Source: a virus (lineage: Duplodnaviria; Heunggongvirae; Uroviricota; Caudoviricetes). Taken from it: a stretch of DNA of 46,519 nucleotides. A model generated the notes under the pieces. It was not told where the DNA came from. It searched no databases and saw nothing but the letters and a program-made list of their open reading frames with translations. The translations under genes were made by a program, and so were the position numbers. The stretch covers positions 1-46,519 of the IMG/VR virus record IMGVR_UViG_3300025387_000013, one strand, 5' to 3'. Each line of letters starts with the position of its first letter. The stretch's first letter is position 1. Of the stretch, positions 33,601-44,600 are shown in pieces.

Positions 33601-35663
33601 TCTTTATCTGTATATTCAAAAGGATCTGCATCTTTCCACTCTTCATTATACTTAGCAATAGTTTGTTTAGTATAATATACAAGAGTTTCTGCTTGTTTTA
33701 ATAATGGTTTTATATCTTGTTGCATTTGTAGCTTTCTAATAGCTCTAAACAAATCATTCATCTGTTCAGCTTTATCAGCTTTAGCTTCATATCCTAATGC
33801 AGGTTTATCGGCCAATGCTTTATAATCTGCATTGAATGCTCTTAATAAGTTATCAATTCTTTCACTTCCAGTAGTTTGAGATTCTACACCTACAGGTATT
33901 AAATAGTCTTTAGTAATCTTTTTAATATCAACATCACCTATTTCAATACTTAATAGTTTAGGAAGAATATTTTTAGCTTTACTAAACGCACTATATTCCA
34001 CTCTTACAGGAACCATCATAGTTTGTTCAAATCTTGACGCATTTATACCATATGCTTTTTCTAATATATGTCTGTATATATCCATCTGTTCATTCCAAGC
34101 ACCAATTTTATACCAAGGAATATCTGTATACTTAGCAGTATTTAATCCCATAAACTTCCAGTCAAGAATAGTAATCATACCATTACTTTTAATTGCCATA
34201 AAGTCTATAGTTCCTGCAAGACCTGATTTACCATACTTAGGATTAATAACCATCACCTCACTTAAGAATCTAGTCTTACCACCTTCATTTAAAGATTTAA
34301 TTCTTTCTCTTAAATTATCTTTAAATAAATTATAAGCAGTTCTTCCAGCATCGTCCATTCTAGAAACGTAATTAGAATCATCTCCTTCAATAGCTCTAAC
34401 ATACCCACTTTCATCGGTGAATACATTTTTCATCATATGATGAATGTCAGCATGAAATAATGTTCCTGTCTCTGAGTATACAGAATTTTTAGCATCATCA
34501 AACTCATCTTGTGTACCAGATTTACTATTTCTAAATACATTGTCATAATAATCTGATACAAGATCACTCACCCTAAGTCCTACATTTTCATTGTTATATC
34601 CATAAGGTGTTTTCTTTTCATTATCTGGAGGAGTTATTTTACTCTCTTCTTCTCTAAGTAAATCAAATGTATCTGTTTGAGGATCTCCTGTTTTCTTCTG
34701 ATCATATGTAGTGCCTTCTTCTTCTCTAATATCTTCAGCTGTACCAATATCTTTACCCTTAAGAATGTCCATTTTAAGTTTATCAAACCCACTCTTAGCA
34801 AATAATCCTTTAATGAAGTTGATTATTTTATCCCACCAAGTCTCAACCTTAGCTAAGTTTTCAGGTTTTTCTGTAGAACCTTCCTTCTCATTAATAATCT
34901 TTTCAATTAAAACCTTAGCAATAGCTTCTTCTTTAAGTTTTAATACATTAGGCTTACCATCTATTTGATAATTAGAATCTGTTCCATAGTCTGCAAACAC
35001 CTTATTAAGCATATCATAACCATTGATTTCTTTCAATAGTTGTTTATATAGCTCTGGATTAGTTTGTTTAATTATAGATACAACAAAGTGCATACCCTCT
35101 TCACCAAGAGCTTTAGCTTCTGCACCCTCAACCACTTCTATAAGCTTTTGTGTAACTCTTGCTATACCGCTGCTATTTTGCTTTACACCATTAGTATATA
35201 TATCCTTCACTTGTTTTATATCAACACCAAGTGTGGTCAGTAAATTCTTAACAAGGGCTATAGTTTCTGGAGAAGCTTTAGATGTTTCTGAAGGTACTCC
35301 TGGTTTTTGGAATAAAGTTGGAGGATTTAGATTATTATATTCTTGCTGAGCTAACGGATGTACAACCACTTGAACACTAGCATTGTTTCCTGCTTTTGTA
35401 AGTTTTGATTGTATAATAGATTTTCCAGCAGGAGTTTTATACTTTTCGTTAATTGATTTAATTAAATCTAATTGTTTTGTATGTTGATCAGTTCCTGTTT
35501 TAGAAAATAAATAAGTGGCATTTGGACCCGTTCCATACTCTCTAAATAACTTAGATTCTTTTACAGCTTTCCAAACAGAATTATGGATAGTAGTTAGTCT
35601 ATCAGCTAAATATGGATGTTCTTTTCTATACTCATCCTCAATATATTTTACTTTACAATTCAT
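30678..35663 (-). CDS. large putative virion core/ejection protein with a degenerate zincin-like module and a PD-(D/E)XK (RecB/Cas4-like) nuclease domain
   Basis: EEGMH...KEEAIAK...WWDKIINFIKGLF; GTLFH...LSEVMV...AGTIDF...ILDWK...EQMDIY. Long alpha-helical remainder. Start placed at MNCKVK (35663). Confidence 0.7.
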   Translation of the reverse strand: MNCKVKYIEDEYRKEHPYLADRLTTIHNSVWKAVKESKLFREYGTGPNATYLFSKTGTDQHTKQLDLIKSINEKYKTPAGKSIIQSKLTKAGNNASVQVVVHPLAQQEYNNLNPPTLFQKPGVPSETSKASPETIALVKNLLTTLGVDIKQVKDIYTNGVKQNSSGIARVTQKLIEVVEGAEAKALGEEGMHFVVSIIKQTNPELYKQLLKEINGYDMLNKVFADYGTDSNYQIDGKPNVLKLKEEAIAKVLIEKIINEKEGSTEKPENLAKVETWWDKIINFIKGLFAKSGFDKLKMDILKGKDIGTAEDIREEEGTTYDQKKTGDPQTDTFDLLREEESKITPPDNEKKTPYGYNNENVGLRVSDLVSDYYDNVFRNSKSGTQDEFDDAKNSVYSETGTLFHADIHHMMKNVFTDESGYVRAIEGDDSNYVSRMDDAGRTAYNLFKDNLRERIKSLNEGGKTRFLSEVMVINPKYGKSGLAGTIDFMAIKSNGMITILDWKFMGLNTAKYTDIPWYKIGAWNEQMDIYRHILEKAYGINASRFEQTMMVPVRVEYSAFSKAKNILPKLLSIEIGDVDIKKITKDYLIPVGVESQTTGSERIDNLLRAFNADYKALADKPALGYEAKADKAEQMNDLFRAIRKLQMQQDIKPLLKQAETLVYYTKQTIAKYNEEWKDADPFEYTDKDMTDFSHDLRNHEISLTPYLTLNIALRELFKGEEELTEEQKNLKSKLRDIVDAAGIAMDDLRKANREFGEKILAKREGIDDLSKPDKVVKGFSRIFLSTALIQTTGMQTYYKKYDRLLTHTAQDAVDHAHYLLDLQHEYGEWAKNKGLTRQNYFDILKKKGKNELIDEYNSLFYKELKDKIEDGDIEWIRNNVDVEATKLELKEKLDKEVDRIKNRAAATDMSDEELEKKLEIEYRKYDSGEKGQGWLQYTQVKRNPLRSEWESVQFKELSKPENEVAKKLYDYIIERNNFFSSIGYLSKEEAARTFLPWMKAGIMEVLASGGDLKLAESLLNGIAVDSDEIGFANYDPRHGGVINKIPIYYTKEIKGEAVSEDLFKNMMLYNAAGIRFKYMQDLEGQALLLSDIEKNKGSINTSWFGRSRFKNGKLDINYNDNSKNSELFDNMITVTLYSQKYLADKNFDILLGSFGEWGKNVNKALGINIFPEGQVSLNRTVNSLNNYFRGKTLGLSFLSPLSNLLGGSFQSLINSERYFNRIDYSYAHATVAGKLFGMNFKNKEKFIKALDYFLPLSENYSRDYARKLSINKLDGDKINHFMMGLMTGSEKFVQTTNFLAFIKNTIVIDGVLHNTREYVKTLPEYENMFAGSQADQIAKKKAFEKEVERLNKEHGVLNVAEVVDNKLVIPGVNRKSDTVVKIRAKIQQINSDALGTLPESQKRMLNAQLFSDSISMFKGWIPRLVDVRFGDLKYNSASDAHEFGRMRTLANEVTKRTFYSLDNLKALFSGTTSESGFNRMREDYEKKKADYEKQTGKEFKMTEAEYMDLYNKNLRGSIFDMLASLTFLSIFLGLKANMPDKDEDVQIRNSYKFMLKAADKFRDELTYFYDPSSISGLLSTGIFPTFKLATDFEKLLANFMKYNWGLIKGESNEDMKNIHFIKYLMEELPGTNQIQTYLPMTLPNLAKYIGVQQQSQAGFSR

Positions 35664-35677
35664 AATTATTTTATTTA

Positions 35678-38600
35678 TTATACACAAGGATTAGGATTAT
35701 CAGAACCTTCAGTGTTTGCTTCATTTATATTTAATGGATTTGCTTGTGAAGATACATCTTTTTCTTCAGGTGCAATGGCATTAATTTTACTTTCTACATC
35801 AGCATTTTTAATTCTAATATTACTTGCTGAAGGTAGAACAACTAAGTCTTTAGCACTTCTTGTAATAGCTGTATAATACCATCTAGCAGGATTCCAACTA
35901 GGAGAATTATAGTTTTGGTTTACAAATACTTTATCCCATTGACTTCCTTGAGATTTGTGTGCTGTTACAGAATATCCATATGTAGATATTACAATTGCTG
36001 GAGAAAGCTTAGGTCCTTTCTTAGTATTAATTATATCATGTCCATTATCTAAAGACTCAAACAATGCTCTATCGTGAATACGTATAGATACTAATATTTG
36101 AGAGTGATATAAACTAGGTCTATCTAATCCAGGAAAATGCATCACCTTTCTTTCAATACCATCTTCTCCTACAACATATGCAAAATACATATTGTAGTTT
36201 GATATTTTACCATTAAAATCAAATGTCAATTCATGTTTACTAGGCTCACCCCTAACTTCTACAGCTTTAAATATATCTGAATTAGGAATATCAGATGAAT
36301 TAGCTACAGCAATTAGTGTCTCACCGTCATTCAATATTTTTCTATCTGGTCCAAACTTTGTCATTCTAGCAACATCGTTCATTGTAATTCTCTCATTATT
36401 TGTTGCAACAATCATTATAGAATTTTCATCGTTCTTTATAGATTCTTTAAAATCATTAATAAATTCATTTCTAGATTTACTCACCTTGAAATCAGGCATA
36501 GATTCCATAGGAACATATCCTTTGTTATCCATTCTAGCTAATGTAGCTATTTTTAAAATGTTACTATCTAATCCTTGTCTTTTCACTTCAGTGAGTTGAG
36601 ATTGGGAGTTTAATATCTCAGGAACACCACCTGCAAATAATTTAGAATCATCTCCTACAGGTTCTAGTTGGAAACTATCGCCCATAAATACCACTATATT
36701 ATTTTGTTTAGTGTTAGCAATAAGATCTTTCATTACATCTTTAGCAATCATAGAAGACTCATCTACTAATACAACAGCATTTTTTAAATTGGTTTTAGGT
36801 ATCCATTCTCCTGTAGAAGGATCAGGCTCTCCATATATAGTTTTATGTATTGTAGCAGCATTAACTCCCACTCCTGATTTTCTAAGTTTGTCATTTAACA
36901 CCTTAGCAGCCTTATTTGTAGGAGCAATTACAAATACACTTCTACCATTTTCTTTAGCATAGTTAGCTATGTTCTCAGCAATTGTAGTTTTACCTGTACC
37001 AGCATATCCAGCTAATAGATAATATGCTTGTTCATTCTTATCAATCAAAGCTCCTACTTGATTCAAAGCTTTAATTTGTCCAGCTGTATAGTTGATGGGA
37101 GTTTGTCTAGATTCAAGAATAGTCTTCTTAGGTTGATTAGACACAGCTTCATCATATCCCTCAGGAGATTCAAAGTTTTCTTTAGTAAGTCCATATTCAG
37201 GTTCTATATCAATTTGTTGACCTTGATCTATAACTGATTCAACTATTTGTTGTTTTACCACTGGTAATTCAATAGGAGCAGCAGGAGCAGACTTATATGC
37301 TAATGCACTTCTAATTTGTTCATCTGTAAGCTCTATAGGCACCTTTATAGAACCATTGTTTAATTTAGAAGGATTGAAATTGTTGTAATATTCAGATACA
37401 ACATTTCGATCACCATATACATTGATTAGTTTGTATACATGAAATTTTTCTCCATTTCTATATATAAAAAAGGGTTTACCATCAACATCTTTAACTCTTT
37501 CATAGTTGTACAAATCCTTATGAAAATCACTTCCTTTTGCTTTGTACTGACTCATTTCATACTTACTAATTGCCTGTCCTGTTTGTACATCAACAAATTG
37601 TCCTGTTGGTTTTTTACCTCTTGTGATTTCAACCACTCTAGGGAATTGAACATAATCAGACTTTGTAGCCAAATAGTTAAATTTATCTGATAACGTAAGA
37701 ATGTGTCTACTTGTAGAAACAACATTTAATGATTCTTCTGAAGGAAAGTATTGAAATTTCTTTGGATTGTTTGATTCGTATAAGATAGGTTTTCTATTTA
37801 TTTCATCCCTACTCCATTGAGCAACATTAAACTTAGGTTCTATTTTAGTAAAGACAGTTGGATCTTTAAAGTTGTTTCTTTGGAACCAGCCTTTTGTAAA
37901 GTTCTCAAGATCACCGTCTGCATTTAAAGTAGATATAATAGGAGTGATGTGTTTACTAAAGTCTTCTATAGGAATAATATTACCAAGTGATATTGGAGAT
38001 TTATACATTCCTTGTAAAATAGCCACCTTAACTAAGTTGTTATATAGATCAGTTGTACTAGGATTGTCTCTAAGTTCTCTCATCATTCCTATATAAATGT
38101 TCTCAGCGGCAGCATCTCCTGATATATTTGCTTTTAATTTTACAGACTTTGGACCATCCACCTTAGCATTGTTTGTAGATTCAAGATCTTGTAATATCTG
38201 TATAGTTGGATGTTCTTCTTTAGCTCTTGCAAGTTGAGAAGCAATAGAAGTTTCTGTATCAGCAATTAATGGAAGAATATCTTCATTAATATTAGCTCTA
38301 GTTTGTATAATGAAGTCTAAGAAAGAAAGTTTAATTCTATTTCCAATAGCATTAAAATCATCTCCTTTCATATATTTATTCTGCATGTATGGAGCTAACA
38401 CTTGATTTGTAATAGCTGTAAAAGGCCTGCTCTCAAGTTTTAATATTTCACCAATAGCATTAACACCATTGTCTATAACCTCAGCTTGATTACCTAAGAA
38501 TGTATTATCTAATAATTGTTCAACTCCTCTGAATATATTATTCTCTAATGCTCTTTTAGTTCTGTATTGTTTTTTACTTAGAGCTTCTCCGTTACCAAAT

Positions 38601-41600
38601 TTAGCTGTATCATACGTAAGAGCTTGGTTAGTATCAGATAGATAATCACTCATCTTAGCATATTTCAAAACTTCATCTAATATTAAATGCTGCTCAGCAT
38701 TCTCTATATTAGAAAGTTTTTCTCCTTTTGCATAAAATTTTCTAATATTTTCATCAAACTTATCAACATTAATTGTATCAGCAGCTTCCAGTGCTTCTTC
38801 AGTGGTAGGGAATAAACTTTTAATTAGATTAATATTACCTAAAGAATATAGAGAAGAAGCACCTATATTATCTATATATGTTAAATACTTCTCAACAATT
38901 GGTTGTGCTAATAACATTAGTCCAGTCTCCCCTGTACCAATTCTTTCTAAGAACATTACAGAACTTGGAGCAAGGTTAGACATTATAATTTTAAGGATGT
39001 ATGGATCTTTAGCTACATCCACAATAGCTGTACCATGTCCAGCAAGTCTCTTAGATATAAACTGTTTACCGTCTACAGTTTTTACACCAGAGATAGTAGG
39101 AAGTCCATCTACAGTGTTATGAGGAATCTTAATTGAACCATCTCCTAATATCTTTTTATCAGCACTATCTATGTTTTCAAACATAGCTGGATCAATTACC
39201 ACCTTACCTTTTTGTGCTATAGAATGTGCAGCAATATTAGAAGCTACAATGCCCATCCAATCTTTAGCCATAGCAAACGCATGTCTTGTTTGGGTTAGAT
39301 AGGTGCCATTAATTACCCTATTTTTAATAGTAGATTCATCACGTCCTCTAAGATCATCTAAATCATCAGCTAGTTTAGAAAGACCAGCATCATCAACAGC
39401 AGTTATAAGAGCTTTGAAGTTCTCAGGAAGAGTAATCATCTTTTCTAAATGATCGTAATATTCATTTTCCAAAGAAGCTTGATAATGATCTTTTATAAAC
39501 TCTTCTTTTAATTTAGATTGTATATCATCATCTCCTAGTTTTCCTAGTTGCTGCATTATAGATTCTTCAAACTGAGCAGGGTCGTTAACATCTTTTAGTA
39601 ATACATCTAACAATTGACTATATCTATCTACTAATCCTTTTGGATCATCAAGATCGTATGATAAGATTTGAGAAGCTTCTAATAGCTCAGCTTTCTTAAC
39701 TTTCTTATTTTGAAGAATATCATCAAACACTTTACCAAAGAAATCTTTAGTAGCTTTTTCAGATCCTTGATATCTAACAAGTTTTAAATCATTGTTCTTA
39801 TCTATGTATACATTCTTTAGATACATATTCAACTTATCCACGTCAAAGTCAGATCCTTGTTTTGTAGTGATTTCAGAAGGAACGATGATTGTTTTACCAA
39901 ATTGTTTAGGTAAGAATGATTCAACTCTAATAGCTTCTAATGATGCCATCTCTGTTGCAGGAATACGAAATCCTACAGCTCTAAGAATCTCTTGTCCTTC
40001 AATTGTATTATTTAGATAGTTAAGAACTTTTTCATCAGTGTCAAATCTTTTATTGTTTTTAATCTTTTCACCAAACCAATGAGGAAGTCTTACACCAGTG
40101 TAAGGATCTGATTCAGTGGGGAAGTGGAGAGTATCATCTGTTAATATAACATCACCTTTTCTGTTTTCAGGAAGTTTGTCATATTCAGCTCTACTTAATT
40201 CTTTATATCCCTGATCAGTTTTGATGGCAATCCTTCTTCCTTTAGAAGAATCTTCCCACATGGTTACAGGAGCTTGTATGTAAGAACCACCACTAGTCTT
40301 AGGATGGCCAATGGATTTATCTAACATTGAGTAGATAATATCTTTAATCTTCTTATATGCAAAGGTTGCTTCAAATGGAATAATGAATTCACCATTCTCA
40401 TCTAATGTAAGAGCATCTTTAATATTATCTGATACCTCAGTTCTAAGTGTTTCATAATATAAAGACTCTGCTAATTTTTTTCTATTTACAACATCAAAGT
40501 TTCCTCCATTATCAACAAGACCTAATTTATCTAATAGATTATTATATCCATTATCAACAAGAGCTTTTTTAATATTTACACCACGTTGATATTCTTTTTG
40601 AATAACATCTGCTCTAAGAGCATCTTTTGTAAATGGTACACCGTGTTCAAACAAATCCATACTTACAATCTTAGGAACCTGTACAGCAGCGGTAAGCTTT
40701 CCTCCCTTATCATCATAATCTGTTTCCACTTGAATACCGTAAGCACTCCAAGGCACCTTAATGTTATTATTGAAAGGAGCATCATTAAACTTACCACCAA
40801 CATAAAGTTGATGAACTTCTTCACTACCAAGCTTTCTACCACTCTGAGCGATAACATAATCTACATCCTCTTTCCACATCTTAATGTATAGATCTGCTAG
40901 AGTTGATTTTTCTACCATTTTATAATAAAGAGGCATTTGAGAAGTCTTGTCTAATATAAGATCTATTGTATTACTACCATATTTATTACCCCTTACAATA
41001 GGTTTTGATATCTCTGTAACAAATGGAGGCTCAGGAGTTTTGATTAGTTCTGCATCATATGCTTTTAAATCATCACTAGTATAAGTGTAATCTCCTTTAG
41101 CAGCAAGTTTATTTCTTGTATATGACATGTTCCACTGATGAAATAACTCAGCATCGTCATCCCATTTTCTATTTCTAAGTTTAACTTGTCTGTAAGCATT
41201 ATCTCTAAGAATTGAGGAAGCATCATTCTCAGTAGTTTTACCCATAACTCTACCTACTATATCCATGTCATTTATTGTGACAGTATTCATATAGTCTTTG
41301 AATACATCACTTCCTGGATCACCTGGAGTTTCATCAGTTCTTGGAGCTAACTCAATTCTATTAGACTCACCATATAGCCCAGTTTTATTATATTCTAGAT
41401 TATGGAAGTTATTAAACTCAGGACTATTGAATGTAGTTTCTGCAGGAGAATCAAATGATTTAATACGTTTAGTTTCTTCTAGTACAATCTTACCCTTTTT
41501 CTCTTTAATAGCAAACTGATAAGGATCACCAAATAATGTTTTATGGTATTCAATGTTTGCAATAGTTTTATTTACATCATTGAATAATGTTAGATCGTTA

Positions 41601-44600
41601 AGGTCTTGTTCAGATAGATTAAATTTATCTAATCTGTGTTCTTTTACATTAGCAAACTTATCTTCAAGTGATTTGAAATTGTATGTTGTTTCTGCAATTT
41701 CTTCTTCTGATTTGTTTACACTAATTTGACTATTATCTAATAAGACCTTCTTTAAATTGTTTGCAGAATCTTGTAAATACTTTGTAACATCCTCATTGAT
41801 TTTAGAAATGTTACTATCAATATGTTTTACAATTTCATCTTTAGTAGTGTTTTTAGCAATCAAATCATCAATTGCTTCTAAGTTTTTCTCAGAAAGAATA
41901 TCTTTAAAGAATCTGAGTTCCTTAGCTTTTTTACCAACGTTAGCAAGCTTTTGTCTTTTTTTATAATCTAAAGCAAGAGCTACATCATCTATTAAATATC
42001 CTCTAAATATAGAATGTATATCATCCCAAATTCCTCCTCTAATATCTGTAAATGGAATTTCATTACCAAAATTCATTTGCCATTCAGAAGCACTATCTGC
42101 TGGGTTAATTGCATAAAAATTACCATTCAGGTTTTGATTTATCTCTGTAGAGAATCTTTTACCTAAAGATAATCTTGTTATACTTCTACCATTATCTTTC
42201 AACTCATCAAGATCTCCACTGATAAGTCCCACTCTTAATTCTTGACCTTCAATCTTAACACTCTCTTTATCAAAGAATCTTCCTCCTGGTCTTAATATAA
42301 CACTATTTTCACAGAATGGATCATTTAATTCTGGTCTGTTTTGTTTAAGTTCTTGTAGAGATGCAGATTCATTAAATCTATTAGCAAATAAAGATAGAGC
42401 ATTGTTCTGGCAATTAGTTTGTCTCATCTTACCATCTACACCATTGTATGTACTATCTTGTAATGGATTAGTTGCTTTTACAATAATATCTGCTATTGCT
42501 TTAAATCTACCCTTAACATCTAACGTACCATCTTTAAGACTAACAAGTGCTTTCTTATTCTTTAAATGTTCATATATAAAATTAGTTTCATCACCTATTC
42601 TTTTCTGATCTGTATCAGAAAGTTTAGCAAACGTGTCTGCTGTAATGTCTACACCAAGTTTATTTAAGAAGTTTAACTGATTAACTGTACCATCTATTGA
42701 TGTGTTTGCAAATGCTTTAGGATCAGCATCATAAGTTTTGTTTTCAGATTTTGAATTAAACTTAATAAGAGCTCCCTCTGTTTTAGCAAGGTCTCTCATA
42801 TTTTGTAACCAACCTCTTTGTAATTTAGCAGAAGCATCATATAAATTAGCAGCCCCTACATAAACCTCATTACCGTTTGTGTATTGAGCAAACACTTCTG
42901 GTCTTTGTTTTGTAAAAGTTTGATAGAAATCAATAAACAATCTCCAATTAGCTGGTTTGAAAGTATTTTGATCTATGGTCATATCATTAGGATTACCATT
43001 AAGTTTATCAACCACTCTTACATAGTTAGGATCATTCTTTGCAAGATCTCCTAGCTTTTTTATTGCTAAATTAACATCACTAGTATTAGCTAATGCATTT
43101 AACATTGTTGGATAAGTTCTACTTGTTGGTAGAAGTACAAATCCATCAAAGTTATTTGACTTCTTTCTTTCAGGAAGTCTACCTAGAGTTGATTTATTAG
43201 AAGTGGTAGGAAGAGTTCCTATTAAAAGTTTCATTCCAAAAGAAGATTCTTTTATACCAATGCTAAATGGATCTCTGTCATATTCTCTATTATTAACATT
43301 CTCATTGTTTATATCAGCAAAATCTTCATCATTAAACTTCAATCCAACAATAGTTCGTAAAGAATCTCTTGTTTTTTTAATAAGATCATTCCACGCACTG
43401 TCAGTTATTAGTTGTCTTTTGCCAGATTTGATATAGTCAGCTTCTATTTTATCAAACACCTCATTACCTGCAAGCTTTTTAAAATTGTAGATATCTTCTA
43501 TGTTCTCTCCAAATAATAAACCACTAGCTCTAATAACCATATCTTGTACAGCTTCTTGCACTTGTACAGCTGACATTCCTTCCACCTTACTATATAAAGG
43601 AATTTGTCTAAACTCAGCATCTAGTCTTCTAAGGGCCTCATTGTTAATTCTTGTTTCATATGAACCTCTAGTTTCATCACTCTCTTTAAAAATATACTCA
43701 TGTGCTTTCTCATGAAGAAGTACAAATAGAATAAAGTCATTGAATGATTTAAATACGTCTGCAGGAAGAGGGTCTGAGTTTACAGGATTTGTCCAAGTTT
43801 TATTGTCATACTTCTCTCTAAGAGCATCTTTAACTAGTTCTATTCTTTCACCTTTTTTAATATTTCTAGCAGCTATCTCTCTACCATCTGTATGAAACCC
43901 TATATGATCTAGATATTGTATAACCGTTCCTTCAAACTCAGTTACATCTTTATTTACTAATTCATAAGCTTCTTTAGTTAAACCAGATTTCATCCAATCA
44001 GGAAGAACTGCTTCTTTAAACTTACCTGTATCAATATCTTTAAATAACTTATCTTTCAAACGAGTGTTGGTTCCAAATGATTTAAACCAATCAATTATGC
44101 TTTTAAAGAAATCAAGCATTTTTTGACTAAAGCTCTTAGTAGATATTTTACCTTTTTTAAATTCACCAAAATCATCAGCTATTCTTTCTTCAGCTTGCTT
44201 ATCTGTAGCATCTGCATATTTAATTTGCTTACCAGTGTTTCTTTCTGTAAATGTTCCTCTGTTAGATTTGAACTCTTCTTTAAGAGCTTCTCTCTCACTT
44301 TCAGATAGAAATCCATTGAATATACCATGAAACAATTCATGATACTCTGTACCTCTTGTAGCCATTCTATAAAACTTAGCTACACCATCTTGAAATACAC
44401 CAAATGCTTTTTCATTATCGTGTGTATTAATAACATTTTCTAAAACTTCATATGGTATATTAGGAACATTATCAGCATGCCATTGTTTTAATACAGCAAG
44501 ATCAAACGCACTGATTTGAGACTTATCTGGATCAACACCAACTAATTTATAATCATCATCTCCTCCAGTACCTTTAAACTTATTAGGATTGATTTCTGTT

